A stretch of 64,000 bases of DNA from an uncultured Lachnospiraceae bacterium (GTDB lineage Bacteria > Bacillota > Clostridia > Lachnospirales > Lachnospiraceae): the NCBI GenBank assembly GCA_946612455.1, contig CAMOER010000008.1, positions 24,934 through 88,933 of the forward strand, given 5' to 3'. The notes under the pieces were generated by a model. The model searched no databases. It saw only the letters and a program-made list of their open reading frames with translations, and had not been told where the DNA came from. Position 1 is the stretch's first letter, and each line of letters begins with the position of its first letter. Below are positions 20,038 to 27,216 of the stretch, piece by piece. The translations under genes and the position numbers were made by a program.

Positions 20038-20457
20038 ATGGTTCAGATCATTTCGGGTAACCGGGGAAAGGGCAAGACACGCTATCTGCTGGAGAAAGTC
20101 AATTCAGCAATCAAAGAGGCGCACGGCTCTATCTGTTACCTTGATAAGAACACCAAGCACATGTTCGAACTTAACAACAAAATCCGTCTGATAGACGTTT
20201 CTTCATATCCGATTCATTCGTACGAGGGTTTCCTCGGATTTGTCTGCGGCATCATCTCACAGGATCATGATCTCGAGCAGATGTATCTCGACAGCTTTTT
20301 AAAGATCGCCCATGTAAGCGACGAGGATATCGAGAAGGTCATCAAGGATCTGATCTACATCGGCGAGAAGTTCGATGTCGTATTTGTCCTCAGTATCTCC
20401 AGAGATAATGAGCATCTTCCCGAGATCGCAAAGGAAAAGACGATCATTGCTCTGTAA
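20038..20457 (+). CDS. small stand-alone P-loop protein (hypothetical)
   Basis: ATG at 20038 preceded by AAGGAGG. Walker-A-like GNRGKGKT at residues 7-14. 139 aa. The longer track ORF (19918) has no RBS. Confidence 0.5.
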   Translation: MVQIISGNRGKGKTRYLLEKVNSAIKEAHGSICYLDKNTKHMFELNNKIRLIDVSSYPIHSYEGFLGFVCGIISQDHDLEQMYLDSFLKIAHVSDEDIEKVIKDLIYIGEKFDVVFVLSISRDNEHLPEIAKEKTIIAL

Positions 20458-20482
20458 GTCACTGCAAAGTACAGGATACCAG

Positions 20483-20520
20483 ATGCAGAAAAGCTCCGTG
20501 CGGGCTTTTCTGCATTTTTG
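20483..20520 (+). terminator. rho-independent terminator
   Basis: Stem ATGCAGAAAAGC / GCTTTTCTGCAT followed by TTTTT. Confidence 0.75.
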
Positions 20521-20543
20521 AAGAATAAAGAAAGGAGGGCGTC

Positions 20544-21962
20544 ATGAAGAAAAACAGAAGAAACATCATCAGCTACAGCGGACGGATCCATCTGAATATC
20601 GGCATGATCGTCTTCCTGGTGTTCTTTATTTATATCGTGATCAATCTCGTATTGTATGCGGTCCGGCCCAGGATCCAGGTCTATGAGGTGAACTCTGAAA
20701 GTTCCGTCATGCAGGATACGACCTATACCGCGCTGATCTTAAGAGACGAGCATGTGGTCAACGCGCCTGCGTCCGGGTATGTCAATGTCTATGTCCGAGA
20801 AGGGACGCGTGCTTCCATGGGCGAATATGTGTGTCTGCTGGATTCGAACGGCCAGTATACACAGATGCTCTCGAAGCAGACCAATACGGAAAGCACTTTG
20901 ACATCTGCCCAGCTGATTTCCCTGAAGAACAGGCTGGTCACCTTTTCCACAGCTTATGATCCTGCCAGATTCCAGGATGTCTACAGTGAGAAATTCGGCC
21001 TGCAGAACCAGCTCTTAAGCTTCATGAGCCAGGACAGTCTGAATGAGATCGCGGAGCTTGGTGTCGATACGCAGTATCTTACGCTGGTGCCTTCCGAGGC
21101 GAGCGGTGTGGTGGAATACTATACCGACGGCATGGAGACACTGACAGAAGAGAATATGACTGCCGATTCCTTCCGGACATCCAATGCGCAGCGAAATTCG
21201 CTGACTTCCGGAAATATGGTGTCTTCCGGTGATCCCGTCTTCAAGACGATCAGCAGTGAGAACTGGACCGTTTATCTGCCGCTCAACACGGAAGACCAGG
21301 CGGCGCTGACGGACCAGACCAGCATCCGTCTTTTCTTTACCGATATCAACATGGAACTTCCGGCAAGATTTTCGCTCGTCACGCTTTCCGACGGGACGGT
21401 CGTCGGAAAATGCGAGATAAAGGATTATATGATCCAGCTTGCGGATAAGCGGTTCACTACCGTGTCGATCCGGAGAGCCGGCAGCAACGGATCATCGGTC
21501 ACCGGACTGAAGATCCCCAGGTCGGCAATCGTAACGGAAGAATTCTATGTCGTGCCGGTATCCTATGCCGGCCTTGGCGGCAACGACGGATCCCAGGGAT
21601 TCTACCTGCAGGGAGAAGACGGCCAGGTAACATTCTCCAGTGCAGAGATCTGCGGCCGGAATGATGATTTCTACTATATCCGGTCGGAAGAGATTACCGA
21701 AGGAAGCGTACTGGTCAAGCCTGAAGGCGGTGAGAACGGCGAACCCGGCGAGAACGCACCGACTTATACCGTCAGTGCGGAAGCCACGCTGCAGGGCGTC
21801 ATGAACATCAATAAAGGCTATGCGCAGTTCCGCCAGATCACGATCCTGAATGAGAGCAGTGATTATGTGATCATCCGCAACGGACAGCCGTACGGCCTCA
21901 CGATCTATGACCATATCCTTCTGAACGGAAATATGGCGAAAGACGGCGAGATCATCTACTGA
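20544..21962 (+). CDS. membrane-anchored HlyD/barrel-sandwich-like protein (hypothetical)
   Basis: A single N-terminal TM (IGMIVFLVFFIYIVINLVLYAV) followed by a beta-rich extracytoplasmic region. Resembles proteins annotated as HlyD-family adaptors upstream of sepF in Clostridia. The family call is from memory only. Confidence 0.4.
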   Translation: MKKNRRNIISYSGRIHLNIGMIVFLVFFIYIVINLVLYAVRPRIQVYEVNSESSVMQDTTYTALILRDEHVVNAPASGYVNVYVREGTRASMGEYVCLLDSNGQYTQMLSKQTNTESTLTSAQLISLKNRLVTFSTAYDPARFQDVYSEKFGLQNQLLSFMSQDSLNEIAELGVDTQYLTLVPSEASGVVEYYTDGMETLTEENMTADSFRTSNAQRNSLTSGNMVSSGDPVFKTISSENWTVYLPLNTEDQAALTDQTSIRLFFTDINMELPARFSLVTLSDGTVVGKCEIKDYMIQLADKRFTTVSIRRAGSNGSSVTGLKIPRSAIVTEEFYVVPVSYAGLGGNDGSQGFYLQGEDGQVTFSSAEICGRNDDFYYIRSEEITEGSVLVKPEGGENGEPGENAPTYTVSAEATLQGVMNINKGYAQFRQITILNESSDYVIIRNGQPYGLTIYDHILLNGNMAKDGEIIY

Positions 21963-22086
21963 TTTGCGGCTTCCCATTGAGAAAATTGTCTGTTTTGGTT
22001 GACAATTGATGAAAAAACCATGATAATAGAAACGATGCAGGAATGCATCTTCTGACTTAATTATTTTGACTAGGAGAGTGCGGATT

Positions 22087-22611
22087 ATGGCGAATTTTAT
22101 CGACCGTTTCTTAAATTCCATGAAGCTTTATGATGATGACGATGAATATGATGATGAAGAGGAATTTGAAGAGAAGGAAGAACCCGCTCCCCGCAGGTCT
22201 TTCCGCAAGAGCGCACCGAAGGAAGAGAAGCCTGTAAGGCAGGCGGAGCCCGAGAAGCCGGCACGTACGGCTCCGAGACGCCCCACCAGAGACAATATCG
22301 TGCCGATGAAGAATACCGGCGGCATGGAAGTCTGCATGGTCAAGCCGGCTGCGCTGGATGACGCCAGAGAGATCTGTGACATTCTTCTTTCCGGCCGCGC
22401 TGTCGTGATCAATATGGAGGGCGTGCATGTCGATCTTGCACAGCGGATCGTGGACTTCACGTCCGGTTCCTGCTATTCGATCAACGGCAATCTGCAGAAG
22501 ATCTCCAAATATATCTTTATCGTAACACCGCAGTCCATCGGCCTCTCCGGTGATTTTGCCGATGTGATCGAAGGCAGTCAGGATCTTTCCACGCTGAGCC
22601 TGAATTCCTGA
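22087..22611 (+). CDS. sepF: cell division protein SepF
   Basis: MANFIDRFLNSMKL N-terminus, acidic/low-complexity linker, and conserved C-domain (VCMVKPAALDDAREICDILLSGRAVVINMEG). Confidence 0.85.
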   Translation: MANFIDRFLNSMKLYDDDDEYDDEEEFEEKEEPAPRRSFRKSAPKEEKPVRQAEPEKPARTAPRRPTRDNIVPMKNTGGMEVCMVKPAALDDAREICDILLSGRAVVINMEGVHVDLAQRIVDFTSGSCYSINGNLQKISKYIFIVTPQSIGLSGDFADVIEGSQDLSTLSLNS

Positions 22612-22634
22612 CTTACGAAATCAGATAAGACCCC

Positions 22635-22670
22635 ACGCCATCGTTCATATACTGCGATGGCGTTTTTTCT
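22635..22670 (+). terminator. rho-independent terminator after sepF
   Basis: Stem ACGCCATCG / CGATGGCGT followed by TTTTTT. Confidence 0.75.
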
Positions 22671-22697
22671 TTGAACAGGCAGAATGTGAGGTCACGG

Positions 22698-23195
22698 ATG
22701 AAAAAACATGCTTCCTATATACTGTTATCAGCGCTCTGCTCGGTCCTGCTGATCCTGGCTGACCGTGTTACGAAAGCAGCAGCCGTCCGGCATCTGAAGG
22801 ACCAGGAGCCGATCCGGCTGATCCGCGGCGTACTTGAATTAAAATATCTGGAGAATCACGGCGCCGCCTTCGGCATGCTGCAGAATAAGCAGACGCTGTT
22901 CTTTATTCTTACAGTTGCTGTTCTCGGACTGATCCTGTTCTTTTTCCTGTTCCGGATCCCGCAGGGACGCAAATACATGCCGCTGAATATTATGTGCATT
23001 CTTCTGTTCTCCGGTGCGATCGGCAATTTTATCGACCGGATCACCCAGTCGTATGTGGTTGATTTCATCTATTTTTCTCTGATCGATTTTCCGATCTTTA
23101 ATGTTGCCGACTGTTATGTATCCGTATCCGCAGTTCTGCTGTTCGTACTCATCCTCTTTTTTTATAAAGAAGAGGATCTGAAAGGCATCTTATGA
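22698..23195 (+). CDS. lspA: lipoprotein signal peptidase II
   Basis: 4-TM protein with NxGAAFG and FNVADCYVSV motifs. ATG at 22698 chosen because the TTG at 22671 abuts the sepF terminator. Confidence 0.85.
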   Translation: MKKHASYILLSALCSVLLILADRVTKAAAVRHLKDQEPIRLIRGVLELKYLENHGAAFGMLQNKQTLFFILTVAVLGLILFFFLFRIPQGRKYMPLNIMCILLFSGAIGNFIDRITQSYVVDFIYFSLIDFPIFNVADCYVSVSAVLLFVLILFFYKEEDLKGIL

Positions 23196-24100
23196 GTGAA
23201 GAGATCAGGATCATCGTGGATGATGAGCATACGGGAGAGAGACTGGATCTGTATCTCTCTCATTTTCTGGACGGTTATTCACGCTCCTTCCTGCAGAAAC
23301 GGATCACGGAAGGGAGCGTGCTTTTTAACGGGAAGACCGTGAAGGCAAAGCAGCCGGTCCGTCCGGGGGATGAGATCCTGCTGACGATCCCGGAACCTGC
23401 GCCGGCCACGGCCGTTCCCGAGAATATCCCGCTCGAGATCCTGTATGAAGACGAGGATCTTCTTTTTGTGAACAAACCGAAGGGCATGGTGGTCCATCCG
23501 GCCCCCGGACATGAAACGGGGACGCTTGTGAATGCGCTTGTTTACTATCTGGGTGAAAATCTGTCCTCGATCGGCGGTGTGCTGCGTCCGGGCATTGTCC
23601 ACCGGATCGACATGGATACGAGCGGTGTACTTGTCATTGCGAAGAATGATCAGGCGCACAGGCATGTTGCGGAGCAGCTGGCCGTGCACAGCATAAAGCG
23701 AAGATACCGGGCGATCGTGCACGGAAGGATCGAAGAGGAAGCAGGCACGATTAACAAGCCGATCGGACGGTCCCGGACCAACAGGCTGAAGATGGCCGTA
23801 CAGCCGGACGGGAAACGCGCTGTAACGCATTTTAAGGTGCTGCAGAGGTTCCAGGCGTATACTTATATAGAATGCAGCCTGGAGACCGGCAGAACGCATC
23901 AGATTCGCGTACACATGACATCCGAAGGCCATCCTCTTTTGGGGGATACGGTGTACGGCAACCGGCCGGATAAATTTAAACTGCAGGGACAGACGCTCCA
24001 TGCACTTTCTCTGGGGCTTGTTCATCCGCGGACCGGTGAGTGGATCGAGGTCACTTCAGAGATCCCAGCTTACATGCAGCATCTTTTGGATATCTTATGA
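23192..24100 (+). CDS. rluD: RluA-family 23S rRNA pseudouridine synthase (RluD-like)
   Basis: S4 domain at the N-terminus. Catalytic HRIDMDTSG motif. Classic lspA-rluD pairing. Confidence 0.9.
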   Translation: MSEEIRIIVDDEHTGERLDLYLSHFLDGYSRSFLQKRITEGSVLFNGKTVKAKQPVRPGDEILLTIPEPAPATAVPENIPLEILYEDEDLLFVNKPKGMVVHPAPGHETGTLVNALVYYLGENLSSIGGVLRPGIVHRIDMDTSGVLVIAKNDQAHRHVAEQLAVHSIKRRYRAIVHGRIEEEAGTINKPIGRSRTNRLKMAVQPDGKRAVTHFKVLQRFQAYTYIECSLETGRTHQIRVHMTSEGHPLLGDTVYGNRPDKFKLQGQTLHALSLGLVHPRTGEWIEVTSEIPAYMQHLLDIL

Positions 24101-24223
24101 ACGTAATACGCAAAAAATATACTCAATTGTGTAAATTATTCTTGCTTTTTCCATTGAAACGTCGTATATTATAGAAAAGTAACAATTTGAGCAATTTCAT
24201 GACATTCAAGGAAGGGAACTCTT

Positions 24224-24862
24224 ATGAATAAAATCGTAACGATCGGCAGACAGTTCGGCAGCGGCGGCTATACTATCGCAAAGATGCTTGCGGAACGTCT
24301 TAATGTCACCTGCTATGACAAGGAACTCCTGAGCCTGGCGGCAAAGGAGAGCGGACTGGCGGCGGAGGTCGTCGAGACCCATGACGAGAAGCCCATCAAC
24401 AGCTTCTTTTATTCATTGGTTGTGGACAATTCCGTGAGCCGCGGGATCAACAATTATGTCGACCTGCCGCTGAACCAGAGGGTATTCCTGGCGCAGTTTG
24501 AGACGATCCAGAATATCGCGAAGAGGGAATCCTGTGTCATCGTGGGACGCTGTGCCGACTATGCGCTGGCGGATTTCCCGGATGTCACGAACATTTTCAT
24601 CTGTGCGAATCTGGCGGACAGAGTGAAGCGGATCTCCAAAAGATTCGATGTGTCTGCGGACAAGGCCATGGAAATGATCACCAAGAACGACAAGAAGAGA
24701 TCCAGCTATTACAATTATTATTCGGACAAGAAATGGGGCGTTGCGAACACCTATGATCTGACGCTGAACAGTTCCTGCCTTTCGCCTGAAAGCGCTGTTG
24801 AACTGATCCTCGGTTTCCTGAAAGCGAGAGATGAAAAACGCGACAGCATTCTGCATGTCTGA
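24224..24862 (+). CDS. cytidylate kinase-like family protein
   Basis: N-terminal IGRQFGSGG P-loop variant and about 210 aa, typical of the cytidylate-kinase-like (AAA_33-type) family. Confidence 0.7.
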   Translation: MNKIVTIGRQFGSGGYTIAKMLAERLNVTCYDKELLSLAAKESGLAAEVVETHDEKPINSFFYSLVVDNSVSRGINNYVDLPLNQRVFLAQFETIQNIAKRESCVIVGRCADYALADFPDVTNIFICANLADRVKRISKRFDVSADKAMEMITKNDKKRSSYYNYYSDKKWGVANTYDLTLNSSCLSPESAVELILGFLKARDEKRDSILHV

Positions 24863-24875
24863 TGTAAAAACCTGT

Positions 24876-24919
24876 ATTAAAATACACGCCTGCCGGCTGC
24901 GGCAGGCGTGTATTTTAAT
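24876..24919 (+). terminator. long perfect hairpin / terminator
   Basis: 20-bp stem ATTAAAATACACGCCTGCCG / CGGCAGGCGTGTATTTTAAT with a GCTG loop. Confidence 0.7.
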
Positions 24920-24927
24920 ACGAAAAT

Positions 24928-24941
24928 CGAAAATATGTTCG
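24928..24941. promoter_or_regulatory. LexA (Cheo) box 1 upstream of the LysM gene
   Basis: CGAAAATATGTTCG has 1 mismatch to the Firmicute consensus CGAAC-N4-GTTCG. Confidence 0.7.
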
Positions 24942-24950
24942 AAAATGCGG

Positions 24951-24979
24951 TTGACAAACGTATGTTCGGGTGCTATATT
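24951..24979 (+). promoter_or_regulatory. sigma-A promoter of the LysM (YneA-like) gene
   Basis: TTGACA, 17 nt, TATATT, with a TGc extended -10. Confidence 0.65.
24955..24968. promoter_or_regulatory. LexA (Cheo) box 2, between -35 and -10
   Basis: CAAACGTATGTTCG has 1 mismatch to CGAAC-N4-GTTCG and overlaps the promoter spacer. Confidence 0.65.
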
Positions 24980-24994
24980 GTAATCACAGCACAC

Positions 24995-25008
24995 AGAACA
25001 AATGTTCG
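24995..25008. promoter_or_regulatory. LexA (Cheo) box 3, in the 5' leader
   Basis: AGAACAAATGTTCG has 1 mismatch and lies just upstream of the GGAGG RBS. Confidence 0.65.
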
Positions 25009-25017
25009 GAGGAGAAT

Positions 25018-25317
25018 ATGAACAGAAAAGCATTTCGAATGATTTCCGTTTTCATACTGCTGGCCGTGATCCTGATCGCCAGCTTCGGCGCACGTACAAT
25101 GGCTACTTCCAGAAAAGATACACTGCCGCGGGCCTATTCATCTGTGCAGATCCTGCCGGGAGACACGCTCTGGTCCATTTCCGAGACGTACTGCGGGAGC
25201 AGTGATCCGCAGGATATCCGGGAATATGTCCGTGATCTGAAGGAGATGAACCATATCCTGAATGATACATCGCTCCGTGCAGGCGCCTATCTTATGATCT
25301 ATACAGTCAAAAGATAA
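25018..25317 (+). CDS. LysM-domain membrane protein, YneA-like candidate SOS cell-division inhibitor
   Basis: 99 aa. N-terminal TM (ISVFILLAVILIASF) followed by a LysM-like segment (VQILPGDTLWSISETY...LRAGAYLMIY). Preceded by three Cheo boxes, the same architecture as B. subtilis YneA. Confidence 0.6.
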   Translation: MNRKAFRMISVFILLAVILIASFGARTMATSRKDTLPRAYSSVQILPGDTLWSISETYCGSSDPQDIREYVRDLKEMNHILNDTSLRAGAYLMIYTVKR

Positions 25318-25358
25318 GCCGGTGATAGAAGAGCAGTACACTAATATACGCTTACAGC

Positions 25359-25417
25359 AGAGGACTCCGGGTACTCCCACCTCTTATCCAATGCCCGGAG
25401 AACTCTGTTGTTTTTTA
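25359..25417 (+). terminator. probable terminator (imperfect hairpin plus T-tract)
   Basis: AGAGGACTCCGGG ... CCCGGAGAACTCT followed by GTTGTTTTTTA. The loop is long, so confidence is moderate. Confidence 0.4.
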
Positions 25418-25433
25418 TTGCCGACGTTTAACA

Positions 25434-26489
25434 TCAGTCCTTCTTTTCTCTGAGCTGGACTTTATTCCTGGCACTGCGGCGTCGTTCGTCATCAAGCGCT
25501 GCATAGTGCTTCCGCGTGGTATTGACATCCGAGTGCCCGAGCACATCCGCGACCAGATAGATGTCGCCGGTTTCACGGTACAGATTCGTACCGTAGGTGC
25601 TGCGAAGCTTATGCGGAGTAATATTCTTTAATGTCGTGACGGTCCTGGCATATTTTCTGACCAGATTCTCCACGCTGCGGACGCTCATCCTTTTGCGCTG
25701 CAGAGAAAGGAAAAATGCATCTTCATGTCCTTTTACGGGTATGATATGCTTCCGTTCATTCTCATAGACACGAAGCGCTTCCTCGACTTCATCGCCGAAA
25801 TAAACGATGACTTCCTTGCCGCCTTTCCGGTGAATATGGATGCCGCCGTTCTTGAAATCGACATCATCCAGATTGAGCCCGATACATTCCGAAACTCGGA
25901 TGCCGGTACCGAGCATGAGCGTCATCAGGGCCAGGTCCCGGATCTTTGTTTTTTCATGAAAAGCCTGCTGTTTTTCCGTCAGTTTTTCACCGGATTCGAC
26001 CTGGTCCAGAAGATCGGCGACTTCATCGATATCCAGACGGACGATTTCCTTTTCGTGCAGTTTCGGTAGCGAGATCAGGGCGGTCGGGTTGGTAAAGATC
26101 ATTTCCTTTTTAAAGAAATAATTATAGAAAGTCTTTAAGGAAGACAATTTCCGCATGATGCCGCGTTCCTGGTTGATCCTTTCCGTATCCTCATTGGAAT
26201 AATAACGAAGATGATCCATGTATTTTTCAAGATCAAGGGCTTTGATCTTATCCAGATCGGAAACGACGTACGAAGTGATTTCACGATCGGTAAAATCCGG
26301 ATGCGACTGATGCAGGTAATCAAAGAAGACATGCAGATCGTAGGCGTAGGCGATTTTCGTGCGGGAGGAAGTCGTCTGGTCGATGCCGCGCATGAAAGTC
26401 GCGACGAAGTCCGGCAGGCCGGCAATCAGCTCGCGGAGTTTGATGGTGTTGGCTTTATCAAGCTGTTCGTGGTATGAACGGGAAGGCAT
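25434..26489 (-). CDS. tyrosine site-specific recombinase, XerC/XerD-like
   Basis: 351 aa. SAM-like N-domain. Catalytic-domain motifs LGTGIRVSE (Arg), HKLRST (His-x-x-Arg), LGHSDVNTTRKHY (His ... Tyr). Confidence 0.85.
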   Translation of the reverse strand: MPSRSYHEQLDKANTIKLRELIAGLPDFVATFMRGIDQTTSSRTKIAYAYDLHVFFDYLHQSHPDFTDREITSYVVSDLDKIKALDLEKYMDHLRYYSNEDTERINQERGIMRKLSSLKTFYNYFFKKEMIFTNPTALISLPKLHEKEIVRLDIDEVADLLDQVESGEKLTEKQQAFHEKTKIRDLALMTLMLGTGIRVSECIGLNLDDVDFKNGGIHIHRKGGKEVIVYFGDEVEEALRVYENERKHIIPVKGHEDAFFLSLQRKRMSVRSVENLVRKYARTVTTLKNITPHKLRSTYGTNLYRETGDIYLVADVLGHSDVNTTRKHYAALDDERRRSARNKVQLREKKD

Positions 26490-26529
26490 GAATACAGTCC
26501 TTTCTAAGTAAATGTTAAAAAAATCACAA

Positions 26530-26560
26530 TTATGTAGGATAATTAAATAATCTTACATAA
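26530..26560. promoter_or_regulatory. AT-rich palindrome just upstream of the recombinase start codon (operator-like)
   Basis: TTATGTAGGAT-AATTAAATA-ATCTTACATAA. The 11-nt arms match at 10/11. It lies 41-71 nt upstream of the recombinase ATG. Confidence 0.35.
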
Positions 26561-26585
26561 TCTGATGGAATGAATCCGGCGACAA

Positions 26586-26757
26586 CCGCTGCAGACAGTC
26601 ACCGGCTGAAACTGTGTGTGAAGAGCGACAGGATCGGGCGAAACCGCCGACTGGAAGCCAACACGCTTTATTCGTTGGCTGGAAGGAGTGCGTATGTTTC
26701 GTCCCGGATCCGAAGCAATCTGAGGACCCTGTTTCAGGCGGTGACTGTCTGCAGCGG
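26586..26757. repeat. 27-bp near-perfect inverted repeat pair flanking a 118-bp core (inverton-like, or the closing stem of a structured RNA)
   Basis: IRL 26586-26612 is CCGCTGCAGACAGTCACCGGCTGAAAC. IRR 26731-26757 is GTTTCAGGCGGTGACTGTCTGCAGCGG. They are complementary at 26/27. Outer complementary 8-mers TGAATCCG (26571) and CGGATTCA (26778) extend the pairing. Confidence 0.85.
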
Positions 26758-26933
26758 CGTCACTCGAATGCATAATTCGGATTCAGTAAAACCTAAGACT
26801 TTCAGCGGTGGATTCTTCAGGCTGCAGGCAGCCTTCAGAATGACAATTGATATCAAACGCTGATCACAGTTAAAATGTAATGAATCCGTTGAGGCGAACA
26901 GGTAAAACATGTAAGCCTTGAATAAAAATAATT

Positions 26934-27040
26934 GCACCCAAACTTTACGAATCAGTTGCGGGCGGACTCGAAAAGCAAGTCAATCAACCGAAGTATTATC
27001 AGCACCCAAACTTTAACGAATCAGTTGCGGGCGGACTCGA
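26934..27040 (+). repeat. two direct repeats (38 and 39 nt) separated by a 30-nt unique spacer
   Basis: GCACCCAAACTTT(A)ACGAATCAGTTGCGGGCGGACTCGA occurs at 26934-26971 and 27002-27040, identical except for a 1-nt indel. The spacer is AAAGCAAGTCAATCAACCGAAGTATTATCA. Confidence 0.85.
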
Positions 27041-27071
27041 CAAGTAATACTTCATTAAATCATTGATTTTT

Positions 27072-27123
27072 CGCCCCCAACTATTCGTTAAAGTTTTCTT
27101 TTGCGAATAGTTGGGTTTATTTG
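27072..27123 (+). terminator. inverted partial copy of the repeat forming a 12-bp (extendable to about 18-bp) hairpin plus T-tract
   Basis: CGCCCCCAACTATTCGTTAAAGTTT resembles the reverse complement of the repeat core. CCCAACTATTCG (27076-27087) pairs with CGAATAGTTGGG (27104-27115) and is followed by TTTATTT. Confidence 0.55.
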
Positions 27124-27124
27124 G

Positions 27125-27153
27125 ATCGTACCACTCCATCGGATAAATGTCAA
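27125..27153 (-). promoter_or_regulatory. candidate sigma-A promoter firing toward the repeat locus and recombinase
   Basis: The minus strand reads TTGACA, 17 nt, TACGAT. It would give a leader of about 630 nt ahead of the recombinase ATG. Confidence 0.4.
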
Positions 27154-27183
27154 CCGTTAACTCCTCCGAAGCATCTTTCTCCC

Positions 27184-27216
27184 ACAAAAAACAGGGATAA
27201 ACCCGTTTATCCCTGT
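27184..27216 (-). terminator. rho-independent terminator of the AIM24-family gene
   Basis: The minus strand has ACAGGGATAAA-CGGG-TTTATCCCTGT followed by TTTTTTG. Confidence 0.75.

Noticed and set aside
22671-22697. TTG start for lspA given by the ORF track
   Set aside because: It lies immediately after the sepF terminator T-tract and has no RBS. The ATG at 22698, with an upstream GAGG, gives a normal LspA N-terminus.
26690-26730. Hammerhead-like GACGAAAC on the minus strand within the IR-flanked core
   Set aside because: The obligatory CUGAUGA box is absent (only CUCAGAU is nearby), and the stems do not arrange into a three-way junction.
26934-27040. Calling the repeat-spacer-repeat a CRISPR array
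   Set aside because: There are only two repeats and one spacer, no cas genes within 64 kb, and no resemblance of the repeat to families I know. The segments after each repeat share faint similarity, so a decayed tandem duplication is possible. It is kept as a generic repeat and as a finding, not as CRISPR.
26934-27040. Repeat as a duplicated tRNA 3' end (att site). The minus strand reads TCGAGTCCGCCCGCAACTGA, reminiscent of a T-loop plus acceptor
   Set aside because: The upstream bases cannot form the matching T-stem and no tRNA body is adjacent. The resemblance is limited to about 12 nt. A relic attachment site cannot be excluded, but it is not supportable as a tRNA fragment.
26934-27123. 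Integron attC-like sites next to the tyrosine recombinase
   Set aside because: The repeat ends do not fit the RYYYAAC / GTTRRRY core sites. No gene cassettes are present. The recombinase shows no obvious IntI-specific insertion.
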